NCBI GenBank assembly: GCA_030248215.1 | Contig: JASANG010000753.1 | Span: 310,001 to 374,000, forward strand | Length of the DNA stretch: 64,000 bases | Direction: 5' to 3' | From: Enoplolaimus lenunculus | Lineage: Eukaryota | In this document: piece by piece, positions 1 to 12,600 of the stretch | Layout of the letters: each line of letters begins with the position of its first letter | How positions within the stretch are numbered: position 1 is the first letter of the stretch | The notes under the pieces: generated by a model | The model's database searches: none | Seen by the model: only the letters and a program-made list of their open reading frames with translations | What the model was told of the DNA's origin: nothing | Made by a program: the position numbers and the translations under genes

Positions 1-371
1 ATTTTATGTAAAAAAAATATTCAAATTTTTACAAAAAATATCTTTTTGAAAAATAGAAATCGCTTCAAATTGCAAGAAAATTAATAAATAATCGTTTAAA
101 ATTGAAGAAATTATTTTTTCAATTTCAGAAAAAAATATTTAAATTTTCAGAGAAAAAATATCTTTCTGAAAAAGAAAAAAATCGCTTCAATTTAAAAGGA
201 AATTAATAAGAAATAATCGTTTTAAATGTAAATAAAAAAATAATTTTTTCAATTTAAAAAATTGTTTATATTTTCAGAAAAATTATTTTTAAAATTTAAA
301 ATATGGTTTCAAATTAAATAAAAATGAAATTGTCTTAAACTAATATTACATAAATTATTTTAAAATTTCAG

Positions 372-521
372 ATTGACCAAGCATCACCAGATATGGACGA
401 TTTTGACGAAGGAATGTCAATATCACAAGATATGGGCAGCATGAAAATGCTAGTGGACCGGTCCGTAGAGGCTGATGACGGGAGTCGGTGCCAAATAGTG
501 CTAACCGAAGACGTCGTATAG
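372..521 (+). CDS. Probable terminal coding exon of a gene starting upstream of the window (acidic peptide, unknown function)
   Basis: After very AT-rich intron-like DNA, a tttcag acceptor (ends 371) is followed by a GC-richer 150-nt open frame, IDQASPDMDDFDEGMSISQDMGSMKMLVDRSVEADDGSRCQIVLTEDVV, ending in TAG at 519-521. No family recognised. Confidence 0.55.
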   Translation: MDQASPDMDDFDEGMSISQDMGSMKMLVDRSVEADDGSRCQIVLTEDVV

Positions 522-1471
522 CATTTCAGACCCCCAGTAATTGGCTGCTCTGGTGGACTTCCTGGATATTCGATTTCCCTTTATGGATCTCAGTCGCGTG
601 TGTCCAAATTTAAAGCTTGTCTGCAGTTTGAACCTGCTGTTTTAGATATATTGTTTGATATTCGGCATAGTGGAAGGAATCGTATCAAACTTAAACCGCT
701 ATTTGATCGGCCTTTAGTGTTTCGGCCAATGTATCCAACAGGGTCGTAACAGTAGTATACGCACATTCCTAAGACTAAGCCAAAATCGAAGCGCTAAAAT
801 AAGCCTAAACCTAAGTGTAAGCCTAAACATAAAGTCTAATATTTTATGTCCCTGGTCTTTTACATGTGAGAAAGTTTCGAACAAAACTTCCTCGTAATTA
901 TATATGGCAGCTACGAGTTTTCGTTGCAAGCTACAAGTTTTTTTACTGCAAACGCTTGCACGTGTGAATAGAGTTTAGTCGGTAAAACACTGTAAGCAGC
1001 AATCCTGCGAAAGTTGAAATTCTATCATTAACTGGAGATAGGTGCTATACACATTTGAAAATACGACTTGTTTTATTCTTGAAACTCATTACAGTCATTT
1101 CCCGTGTAAAGATCAGGGGCGGAACGTTTTTCTATGGGACTAGAAAAAAGTAGGCTTAAGGTATAGACCATTTTTTGCTTGGCTTAGGATTAGGCTTTGG
1201 CTTAGGCTTAGGAATATGTTCGTTCTCATGCTTAGGCTTAGGCTTAGCCTTTGGCTTAAGAATATGTTCGTTCTCATGCTAGGCTTAGGCTTAGGCTTTA
1301 GGCTTAAGAATAGGAATATGCTTATAATACTGTTCCGCCGCCTGTTCTTTAACATTGGCCATAATTTCAAACTCATGAATATATATACTCAAGATCTTTT
1401 TGATTTTACACATTTTAATATATTTTCTGAGTATTAATCGGCAGAGTGTGTGTAAAAAGAAATAGGTATTT

Positions 1472-1857
1472 AAAATAACCAAAAACGAATACGGATAATC
1501 ATCAGAATATTTACGGAAACAGATATTTAAGTCTTAATAAAATAAGCAAAAACGAATACGGATAATCATCAGAATATTTACGGAAACAGATATTTAAGTC
1601 TTAAAACTGAAACGATTTATTTATTCAACCAATCAAATTGAGGTATGCAAATATTCATCGAGCTTTCTAGAATTTTAAAGTTACGCCAACAGATATTTAA
1701 GTCTTAATAAAATAACCAAAAACGAATACGGATAATCATCAGAATATTTACGGAAACAGATATTTAAGTCTTAAAACTGAAACGATTTATTTATTCAACC
1801 AATCAAATTGAGGTATGCAAATATTCATCGAGCTTTCTAGAATTTTAAAGTTACGCC
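1472..1857. repeat. Nested local tandem duplications (~67-bp unit three times, within a ~170-bp duplication)
   Basis: aaaaacgaatacggataatcatcagaatatttacggaaacagatatttaagtctta occurs at ~1481, ~1548 and ~1718. 1518-1687 is repeated at 1688-1857. Confidence 0.85.
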
Positions 1858-2917
1858 ATTGGTCACTGAAAACTTGGATAACTGCGATAATCCTAGCGGC
1901 ACTAAAAGAGTAACCATCCAATCAATGTCTGTAAGCTGCACAAAGGATCCGTTAATATTGATCCATGTCTTTCAATTTGTATTCGCTTTCATAGTAAAAA
2001 CGATGTACTGTATAAATTGCCAGTCCAATGTATACAACAGGGCTGCTACAGTAGTATACGCATACACCTAAGCCTGAAGCGTAAGAATGAGCTTATACCT
2101 AAACCTAAACAAAAAATAGTCTAAAGTTTGAGCTTACTCTATTAAAATCTCGCAGAAAAACGTTCTGCTTCTGATCTTTACATGGACCTGAAAAATCTAT
2201 ACGAAAGTATATTGAAAGTTGGAGCTACGCAGCTTAAACGTTTAAATATCTGCATATTTTACGTACTACCAATACTTAGAATGAGATAACTTCCTTTTTC
2301 ATATTTCAAACCTATTCCAATTCAATGCAAAAATCACATGTGTCTCCGCACTGCAAAAAATGGTGAGTCAAATTGACTCTCTCCAAAATAGCCTTTTCAA
2401 GACTACACAAACTGGGTCAAATTCGACTCCACCAGAGGCGAACGTTCGACTAAACGAGTCGAATGTCTCCTGTGGAGTCGAATTTTGACTTAATCTGTGT
2501 AGTCCATAAAAGTCTATTTCGGAGAGGTTCAATATGACTCACGATTTTTTGCAGTGTGTGTTCATAGACAACAATATATTTCACGGCTCATGTTTGCTAT
2601 AGAAACCTGCCTGCGAAAAAACTGAGCGTAAACCTAAAGCCTAAGCCCAAGCAACCTTAATCCTAAACCTAGGCATAAGCCTAATCCTAAGCGTGTGCGT
2701 AAGCCAAATTTTATTAAGTCTAGGTCTAAACCTAAGTCCAAGCTTAAGCTTTCCAGTCGCTACGTATCCCAGTCCTCTTGTTTCGCCGTGATCCGGCCCT
2801 ATGGATGGGCACATTTCACAACATTAAATATCAAGATTCAATTAAGACAAGAGTAAGATATGTTTTTAGCTTTTTTGGGCTTAATTGCAAAACGTCGTCA
2901 TCAACCCTTACTATAAC

Positions 2918-3246
2918 CAAGAGTGGATCATCACTCTTTAGAACAAGAGTGTGCAACTGGGTACATTCTGTGTATTAAAGAATATAAACAGCACGCGTTG
3001 CGTTTTTGGCCTACACTCCCTTGTTTAGGGGGTCTTTATGCAGTTTTATATAGTAGTAAAGGAGGAAATTGTAACCCCCCTTGTTTAAGGGGGGTAGGTG
3101 TACTGAAGCATACTGTTAATTTCTTGCTTAAACCCCCTGATTGAGGGGGGGGGGTCGAACAAAAATGCAACGCGTGCTGGTACATTCTTTAATACACAGA
3201 ATGTACCCAGTTGCACCTTGTTATTAAGAATGATGATCCACTCTTG
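2918..3246. mobile_element. CAAGAG-TIR MITE with 7-bp TSD (P-element-superfamily-like)
   Basis: caagagtggatcatca...tgatgatccactcttg with long imperfect palindromic arms, flanked by ctataac on both sides. Confidence 0.8.
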
Positions 3247-3253
3247 CTATAAC

Positions 3254-3616
3254 CATGAGTAGATCGTGCATACTTCAACAAGAGTACACAAATGGGTCTA
3301 TACTGTGCAGAAAAGAATGTACCCGGCACGCGTTTACGTTTTTACCTTACCCCCCTATATTTGGACGGGTGTACAACCTATGCGAACCATGCCACTTCAT
3401 ATATCCGGGAGTAAATTGTTCCGCTTATAATTTAATTTAGGGTTATTGCATGTGACAGCGACCCCCCTTTAAACAAAGGGAAGGGGGTCGGCCAAAAACA
3501 CAACGCCGGCTGGTACATTAAAGGGAAGGGGGTCGGCCAAAAACACAACGCCGGCTGGTACATTTTACACTGCTCGAAACCCAAAGAGTTGTACACTCTT
3601 GTATTATGCACCCTTG
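3254..3616. mobile_element. Older related CAAGAG-type MITE abutting the FGGY stop codon
   Basis: Shares subterminal motifs with 2918-3246 (caagagtacacaa, agaatgtacc, ggtacatt, cactcttg). Flanked by ctataac at 3247-3253 and 3617-3623. Internal 45-bp tandem duplication at 3475-3564. Confidence 0.65.
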
Positions 3617-6600
3617 CTATAACGAATCCAAAAACGCACCAAATTTCTTGAAAATGTCATATTTTTCATCGTATAATTCTTTCAAATCTTGATTTGGCTT
3701 TACTACGCTTAAGTTTAACTCAATTTTCGAACTGCAACCATTATTGTACGCTTTATCCGCGAGCATCGCACTTCCAATCGCGACAGTTTCACAATCCTGT
3801 GATACAGCGACAGGTATTCCGGTAGCATCCGCATGTGATTGAACGTACATCCGGTTGTGTTGCAGCCCTCCACACAAAACTACCGTCTTAATTTGTTCCG
3901 CTTTGTTTTCATTAATTTTTTCAATAATCATCCGTGACATCAATGCAAGCGCTTGCAAATGTGCGACATAAATTCGAACAAAATTCACTTCCGGTTGTTT
4001 TGCCGACACTTCCGTTTCCAGTTCCGGAACTAAGCCATAAATTAAACCTTTTATGTTTGGGTTCGAATAAGGAGACCTGTTTCCGGCGTAGTCGGGCCAC
4101 ACATGAACGCCGCGAGCCAGATTCCAAAACTCATATTCGTTATTCGCCAACTGTTCGCTGGAAACTTTGTCACACAGTTGTTGAGCAATTTCGTGTAAAT
4201 GTTTCGTATCACTGAATAAAGAAACGGTGTTCTCGATTGTATTTAACGCCATGGGGTTGGTCAGGGCAGCTTTAGGTGTCAAACCCTCTGCGTGTGAGTT
4301 TTATTCACAGGTTTTGAGTAACCTTTTCAGTCGGTACACTGTAAATTCCAATGAGTTGATTTACCCAATTCAACTAGAGAGTTAGTGTTTTGAGTTAATA
4401 TCCGAAAAACAATAACCCACTCTGACTTGAGTTTGTTCGTCGGGGAGTTAAAACTCACAATAAGTTGACTCAACTCAAAATTGTGAGTTTTAAAAGTCCA
4501 TAAATTCAAGCTCAGTGGTTCAACTCATTCTGACTTAAAATCAATTCACTCGAATTTATCGTAAAAAATTTCGTTTCAAAATATTTTTATCAAACGTAAC
4601 CCCTATTCAAAATACCGGATATGCGCTCCGGGTTCAGCATATATCATTAGTTATGAAACTTATAAATTTTGAACCAGTGGATTAAACTTGGTGAAATTGA
4701 CCACGTTTCTGGTTTCAACGACTTCCTTTTAACATCTGAATGAGCGTTTGTATTAGCAATTTCGTTTTACTTTTGTCACAATCTTCAGGGAAGAATTTCC
4801 GAAATTTCGCAGAAAATTAGCGTAAAACCAAACAACTTAACAACATACAGCAGATATTGGCTAAAATTAACTAATTAACCATCATTTTTACTACCTAATT
4901 TCGCCTCACTTTCGGCTTCACGTCCGGCTCCTGCAAGTGTCGTTGACCTGCGGCTCCGGTATTTTTAACATCCGGTTGCATCCTGGATGATGCACACAGC
5001 TGAGAATACGGCTGCACAGTACCTACCTCATGCTACCACAGCTACCCAGGCAGCCTACTCCAAACATTCTGATCACTTGATCCAGTAGCGGTCCAACATA
5101 CGACTGGCCACCTTCGTGAACGTACAAATTGTCAAAAATCACGCCTTTATACGGACCCCAAACACCACGAATTAGGCTTGCACTTTCACTCAGTGCCATA
5201 TGGCATGCGGAAGTGCCACTGATTATTGCCAGACGTTCGCAACACGGAACATTTTCAATTTCTTTTCCTTGACCACAGAATAACGCAAGCGCCCCAGCAT
5301 GAGCATCGATCAGGCCAGCCGCGACCACGGTATCTAAAATACTCAAATTAAAGAATAGCTAAAAGCGGGTCATTACTTATTATTGAAATTTTAGGCAAAT
5401 GTATAGAACAGGACCGTATCGTGTTGTATAAGCATACTTCTAAGCTTGAGCATAAGCTTAAGCGTAAGAATGAGCCTATTGCTAATTTTAAGCCTAAGCC
5501 CCTAAGTAAGCCTAAGCTTATAAGCGTAGTCTATTGCAGTCCTGCAGAAAAACATTCCGCCACTGATTTTTACATGCGCCAAATTTTATAAGTTTGGACC
5601 CACAGGGTCAGAATACTCAAGTTTTATTGCTAACTGATGATAGGTGCTATACTCAATTATGCGGGTCATAGCTTAACTTGGCGTTATTTTGTAATTTTCA
5701 TAATAGCGCTTTGAATTTCTGAAGTTCTGATTGCTAATTATATCGATACATCTCGGTTCAAAGGGTACAACCGGAAGTGAAAAAACCGTAGCCGGAACCT
5801 GAGGTCAGCAGTATTTTCCGGAACCGGAAACAGTTCAAACATTTACTTTTAAGCTTCTTGTTTAATAAATCTATAGTAATTAAAGTTTTCAATTCTGGTT
5901 TAAAATCTATAGTAAAACTGCACTGAATAGCACAATTTCTATAATGCAACTTCCACAATAACATGCGTACACCAGGTGACTTTTGAAGGGGTAGTGTCTG
6001 CATGTACATTGAAGCAAAAAACCTTCATATCCTTAACGCTGGAGCAAAAAAGTTTCAGTGTCCCGGTCACTGAGACTTTTTTGGCTTCACGGTTCCGCAT
6101 ACTGATCTACCCACGCAGCGTAGCCGAATGTCGGTTTTTGCCGGAGCTGACGACAGACCTGCAGTTATACCCTGATGATTATGTTTACATACCAGACACC
6201 CCCTGCAAGTGATAAATTAATCCAACATAAAAAATCAAAGCTACTCTCTAAAAGTTTAAACTAACTCGATTTAAGCTTACGCTAATCTAGCAGTATTAAA
6301 CTAACATTTTAAATTAACTAAACTGTTAACTGGTACGCTTAAATTCGTATAAAATCTGGCATATTTCCATCCGTCAAGCCATAAGTTTTACTTAAACTTA
6401 TATTCAAGTTTAGTTAAGCTATAATTTAAGTTTAAGATTTCTGAGGGTATCCACTTACCTGTTGTTAATTTCATTTCGTGAGCAGTTTTTTCTAATAAAC
6501 CACCAATCAGTGATCCTGGTGGTACACACTTTGATCCAATGACGTTACAGTTACTGTTGCACAATTCAGAAAGTCCTAAACAAAACAACGGCCAATGTTA

Positions 6601-9600
6601 CATGGGTGACAGGTTTTATTGACTGAGAATATAAAATTGAAAAATTTCATGAGAACTTTTGGTCTGCAATTTCAATGCCCTTTAATATATTCGCAGCAGA
6701 ATTGCAAGCGAAAAGTAGATTTTTTGAAAGGCTCAAATCCATAAGCTTCGTCCATATTGTATTGACTCGAATACGAGGCAGGATTGAATGATATTTATTT
6801 TGCTCCTGCAGAGGGTAATACCCTATTATTCGGTTACGGACTGTTATATATTTAAATTCATCTGATATTAGTTGGACCTAACACCATTTTTAATTCATTT
6901 CACGTTGGTTAGACCCAACACCATACTTCATATACGTATTCGTTCTTTTGGCCAGAACTGACTTGCTCCGAAGTTGAACTTAATAAAGTGTATGCGGGTT
7001 GTCTGACTGCGTATTGCATGTTTGACCAGTTTTCTGAACCATTCTATTGGTTAGGTCTGGTTTAAAAATCTAACTAAAACTTGTAGATTCTGTCCACTAA
7101 AGGGCCCTAATTAGATACAAAGTACTATTACTTGAGGCTCAAAATTGTGACCACCTCTTAATACCACCCTCATGTACGGGTTACTGTAGTATATGCACTT
7201 TGTATTGCAATAGGATAGCCATTTAACTGCGCTACTCAGGAGGTAATGCGCCGTTTACAATAAATTTTGAGTGACTGCCACCGATTTGCACGGGTATTAA
7301 GGGCACCTCATGTGCAAGTTTTAAAATACAAAAATAATCGTACCTATTTCATGCAAAAAGCTTTCGTCCCATTGGTTGGATTCGCTCGAATACAACCATT
7401 TACAAACAACTGTGCACAGGGACCTGTAAAAGAGTTGAAGTTAAACACAAGTTGATTCTTAAAATTGTAAGGCACGACGCCCATATTGAAAAATGACCCT
7501 ATCGAATGGCACCGTTACAGATGTTTATACATCTATTTAATTTCGGCAGCATTAGCTTACAACTACATGACCTGTTTACATAATAGCGTTTTGGTATGCA
7601 GGCGATTCATTTTACAATTTCTAAACTTAAAACGGAAAAGCGTGTTTACATAATAGCGTTTTGATAGGTAGGTAATTCAGTTTAGTTTCTCCACTTAAAA
7701 CGGAAAACTTTCTCCACGTAAAAACAAAACTTGTTTACATAATAGCGTTTTGACCCGCAGGCGATTCATTTTAGAGTTTCTCCACCTAAAACGGAAAAGC
7801 GTGTTTACATAATAGCGTTTTGATACCCAGGCGATTCATTTCAGAGTTTCTGAACTTAAAGCGTAACAGCGTGTTTACATTATAACTTGTGATATGCAGG
7901 CGATTCCTTTTAGAGTTTCTCCACTTAAAACGAAAAAGTTGCTTACATAATAGCGTTTTAATATGTAGGCGATTCATTTTACAGTTTCACACCTTAAAAC
8001 GGAAAACTTGTTTTCATAATAGCGTTTTGATATGTAGGCGATTCATTTTACAATTCCCCACGAAAACGAAAACTTTGTTTACATAATAGCGTTATGATAC
8101 GCAGGCGATTCATTTTAGAGTTTCTAAACTTAAAACGAAAAAGCGTGTTTACATAAAAGCGTTTTGATATGTAGGCGATTCATTTTTGAGTTTCTCCCCT
8201 TAAAACGAAAAACTTGTTTATACATTATAGCGTTTTGATGCGCAGGCCATTCATTTTAAAGTTTTCACTTAAAACGTAAATCTTGCTTACGTAATAGCGT
8301 TTTGAAACGCAGGCGATTTATTATAGAACTTCTACAATTAAAACGGAGAAGTGTGTTTACATAATAGCGTTTTGATAGGTAGGCGGTTCATTTTATAATT
8401 TTTAAACTTAAAAGAGGAAAGCGTGTTTACATAATAACGTTTTGGTACGCAGGCGATTCATTTTAGAGTTTCTCCACTTATAGTGGAAAAACGTAATTAT
8501 ATAATAGCGTTTTGACACGCCGGCGATTCATTTTAGAGTTTCTCCACTTAAAACGCAAAAGCGTATTTACATAATAGCGTTTTGAGACGCAGGCGATTCA
8601 TTTTATAATTTCTAAACTTAAGAGGAAAGCGTGTTTGCATAATAGCGTTTTGATAGGTAGGCGTATCATTTTATAATTTCTAAACTTAAAAGAGGAAAGC
8701 GTGTTTACATAATAGTGTTTTGATACGCAGCCATTCATTTTAGAAATTTTTCACTTAAAACCGAAAAGCGTTTTAACATAATAGCGTTTTGATAAGTTGG
8801 CAATTCATAGAGTTTCTCCAATTTAAACGGAAAAGCTTGTTGTTTTGATACGCAGGCGATTCATTTTAGAATTTCTCCACTTAAAACGGAAAAGTGTGTT
8901 TACATAATAACGTTTTGGTACGCAGGCGATTCATTTTAGAGTTTCTCCACTTAAAACGCAAAAGCGTATTTACATAATAGCGTTTTGATACGCAGGCGAT
9001 TCAGTTTAGAGTTTTCTCGTTAAAATGGAAAACTTGCTTACCTAATAGCGTTTTGATACGCAGGCGATTCATTTTAGAGTTTCTCCACATAAAACGGAAA
9101 AGCGTGTTTGCGTAATACCGTTTTATACACAGGAGATTCATTTTATAGTTTCTAAACTTAAAACGAAAAAGCGTGTTTACATAATAGCGTTTTGATAAGT
9201 ACGCGATTCATAGAGTTTCTCCATTTAAAACGGAAAAGCTCGTTTACATAATAGCGTTTTGATACGCAGGTGGTCCATTTTAGAGTTTCTCCACTTAAAA
9301 CGGAAAACTTGTTTACGTAATAGCGTTTTGACAAGTAGGCGATTCATAGAATTTCTCCACTTAAAACGGAAAAGCGTGATTACATAATAGCGTTTTGATA
9401 CGCAAGTGATTCATTTTAGAGCTTGTCCACTTAAAACGGAAAAGCTTGTTGCGATTCATATACTTTCTCCACTTAAAACGGAAAAGCGTGTTTACATAAT
9501 AGCGTTTTGATAAGTAGGCGATTCATAGACTTTCTCCACTTAAAACGGAAAAGCTTGTTTACATAATAACATTTTAGTACGTAGGCGATTCATTTTAGAG

Positions 9601-12600
9601 TTTCCCCACTTAAAACGAAAAAGCGTGATTACACAATAGCGTTTTGATACACAGGCGATTCATTTCAGAGTTTCTCCACTTAAAACGAAAAAGTGTGAAT
9701 ACATAATAGCGTTTTGATACGCAGGCGATTCAGTTTAGAGTTTTCTCGTTAAAATGGAAAACTTGCTTACCTAATAGCGTTTTGATAAGCAGGCGATTCA
9801 TCTTAGAGTTTCTCCACATAAAACGGAAAAGCGTGTTTACGTAATAGCGTTTTTATACACAGGAGATTCATTTTATAGTTTCTAAACTTAAAACGGAAAA
9901 GCTCGTTTACATAATAGCGTTCTGATACGCAGGCGGTCCATTTTAGAGTTTCTCCACTTAAAACGGAAAACTTGTTTACGTAATAGCGTTTTGATAAGTA
10001 GGCGATTCATAGAATTTCTCCACTTAAAACGGAAAAGCGTGATTACATAACAGGCGATTCATTTTAGAGTTTCTCCACATAAAACGGAAAAGCGTGTTTA
10101 CGTAATAGCGTTTTTATACACAGGAGATTCATTTTATAGTTTTTAAAGTTAAAACGGAAAAGCTCGCTTACATAATAGCGTTTTGATACGCAGGCGGTCC
10201 ATTTTAGAGTTTCTCCACTTAAAACGGAAAACTTGTTTACGTAATAGCGTTTTGATAAGTAGGCGATTCATAGAATTTCTCCACTTAAAACGGAAAAGCG
10301 TGATTACATAACAGGCGATTCATTTTAGAGTTTCTCCACATAAAACGGAAAAGCGTGTTTACGTAATAGCGTTTTTATACACAGGAGATTCATTTTATAG
10401 TTTCTAAACTTAAAACGGAAAAGCTCGCTTACATAATAGCGTTTTGATACGCAGGCGGTCCATTTTAGAGTTTCTCCACTTAAAACGGAAAACTTGTTTA
10501 CGTAATAGCGTTTTGATAAGTAGGCGATTCATAGAATTTCTCCACTTAAAACGGAAAAGCGTGATTACATAATAGCGTTTTGGCTGTGTGGAGAAAAATG
10601 GTACACATTCCAAAACGCAAATTTCGAAATTTGATTCAATTCCAGTACACGCAAGCTCAACATTTAGGTCAATCATAATAATCGTGGAATACGTAAACTA
10701 ACGTATTTTGTAATAGCGCATTTTACAATTTTATAAAATGTTATTGGTGGTCTAAAGTTCAAGTTTACCACAGCACGACTCTAGAAACAAACAATGATAC
10801 AGTAGACGTTTTCCAGAAATTGTGAAAGAGTAAACATTTACATTCTCAACTACGTAACGGGTTTAATTCTTAAAATTTTATCTCAAGTCATTTTAGTTAA
10901 ATCTAACATAATGCAATTCTAGAGAACCCGTTCGTGTACAATGACATATCTTGTACACCAGCAATTTGGAGTAAACAAATATCAAATAATCTTGAAGTGA
11001 ACAAAAGATAAAAGTGCGTCTTCGTAAGTCTGTTAGTTTCAAGTTTTAAAGACGTCACATTTTAAAGAGTCGTGAAAGTCGAAAATTACGATTAAGTGAA
11101 ACGTAAGCCTTTATTAATAACGGGGGACCATATATATTATGAAAATATTATAAATTGTACGTGGCGAAAAAAGGTGAACCACACACATTTCTGATAGGGG
11201 CATGCGAGAGACAAACTTTAGTGTAAAGGTTATTGGTAGTGCAATGTGTAAACCGTGTTTCCAGTTCTGGTAGTAAACCGTCGTTCTAGTTGAAAGTAGA
11301 CAGATGACACTTTTTCTGGTTTTCCGTGTTGTCCATTAAATAATAAAAATGGTACAAACAGTGAGCTTTTAAAAAGGCAGCCCCTGCAAAAATAATAACG
11401 CAATCGACCGCTGATCTCTACGTATATAAGATTTACGGCCAATGTTTACTTTTACATTGGTAACCGTAGATTAGTAATTCCTAAGTCAAAACCTAAGCGT
11501 TGAAAACAGTGTAAAGTCTAAGCCTGAGCTTTAGCAAAAACCAATCCTTGGATGTCCTGTAGACAACTACTGTGGATCAGCAGACTTTCTAGTATTAATA
11601 CCGAAATTTCATTTTATTGCGCAAACGAATACAAATTTTTGTGTTAATAAACGGATGTCCGGTGCATTCCGTTTTCCGATAGGGGCCTGTGAATACCAGA
11701 AGTTATCACAAATCGCAGCAGCTTTCATTTTATTGGACCCCATGCAAGAATGCTGGATCCATCACTGATAGTCTTGATTGATCAAATCCGCCGCTGATGT
11801 CTACGTATATTTTACGACCAGCAATCATCCAGTTTTTACTGCCTATAAGCATACTTCTACTACCCTGTCCTTTATGCTTCCTAGTGTTTTTTATTAAATT
11901 TTAAAAAACGTAGTACTTTATATTTTCTTGTCTCGCGATAGGTCAATATTTCAAAAAACTGCAGTTGTATCTCTAGCAACCTGTTCACATAAATGCAACG
12001 AACGCTTTGGTTTTTATGCTTAGGCATAAGAATATGTGTATTCTGTTGCTAAGAAACCACCAAAATTCCAAAATACTAGACCAAAACCAGTACCATACTT
12101 AATGACTATGGGTGGTCGTGACACAAGTATATTCATAGTCTAAAACCAACCAATCATATTTTACTTACTATCCCATTATTTAGATCACATTTTACCTGAG
12201 TAGAGGGACTGAATTTAACGTGTGTCATTTCCTTAAATCGTACCAAAATTTGTTTCATTTAAATGCACTTTCTTGAAACGATGAAAGTGCAGATTGTCCA
12301 TTACTTGAGTCATGCAATATAGTAATCCAGCATGTTGATTTTCTACGAAGCGTATAAACTATAAAACTAGGATTTATGTAATCGATGAACTTAGCAATTT
12401 GATAAATGATAAAATATGTAAATGTCAGATATGCACATGTGTCGAATACTCCACTTGCATGTGCTAGATTAGATACAATTCCCGTATACGTTACATGAAG
12501 ATTTGCAAATTTTGTTACGACAACAATTTTAAAGATTACTATTATTTACCTATTCCAGTACACGTATAACTGTGACATTAGGGATATTAGGAATAACATG

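Noticed and set aside
4212..4282. N-terminal extension of the 221-aa FGGY ORF as an independent gene
   Set aside because: The phase-compatible acceptor at 4212/4213 shows it is the last exon of the spliced gene, and the extension is intronic.
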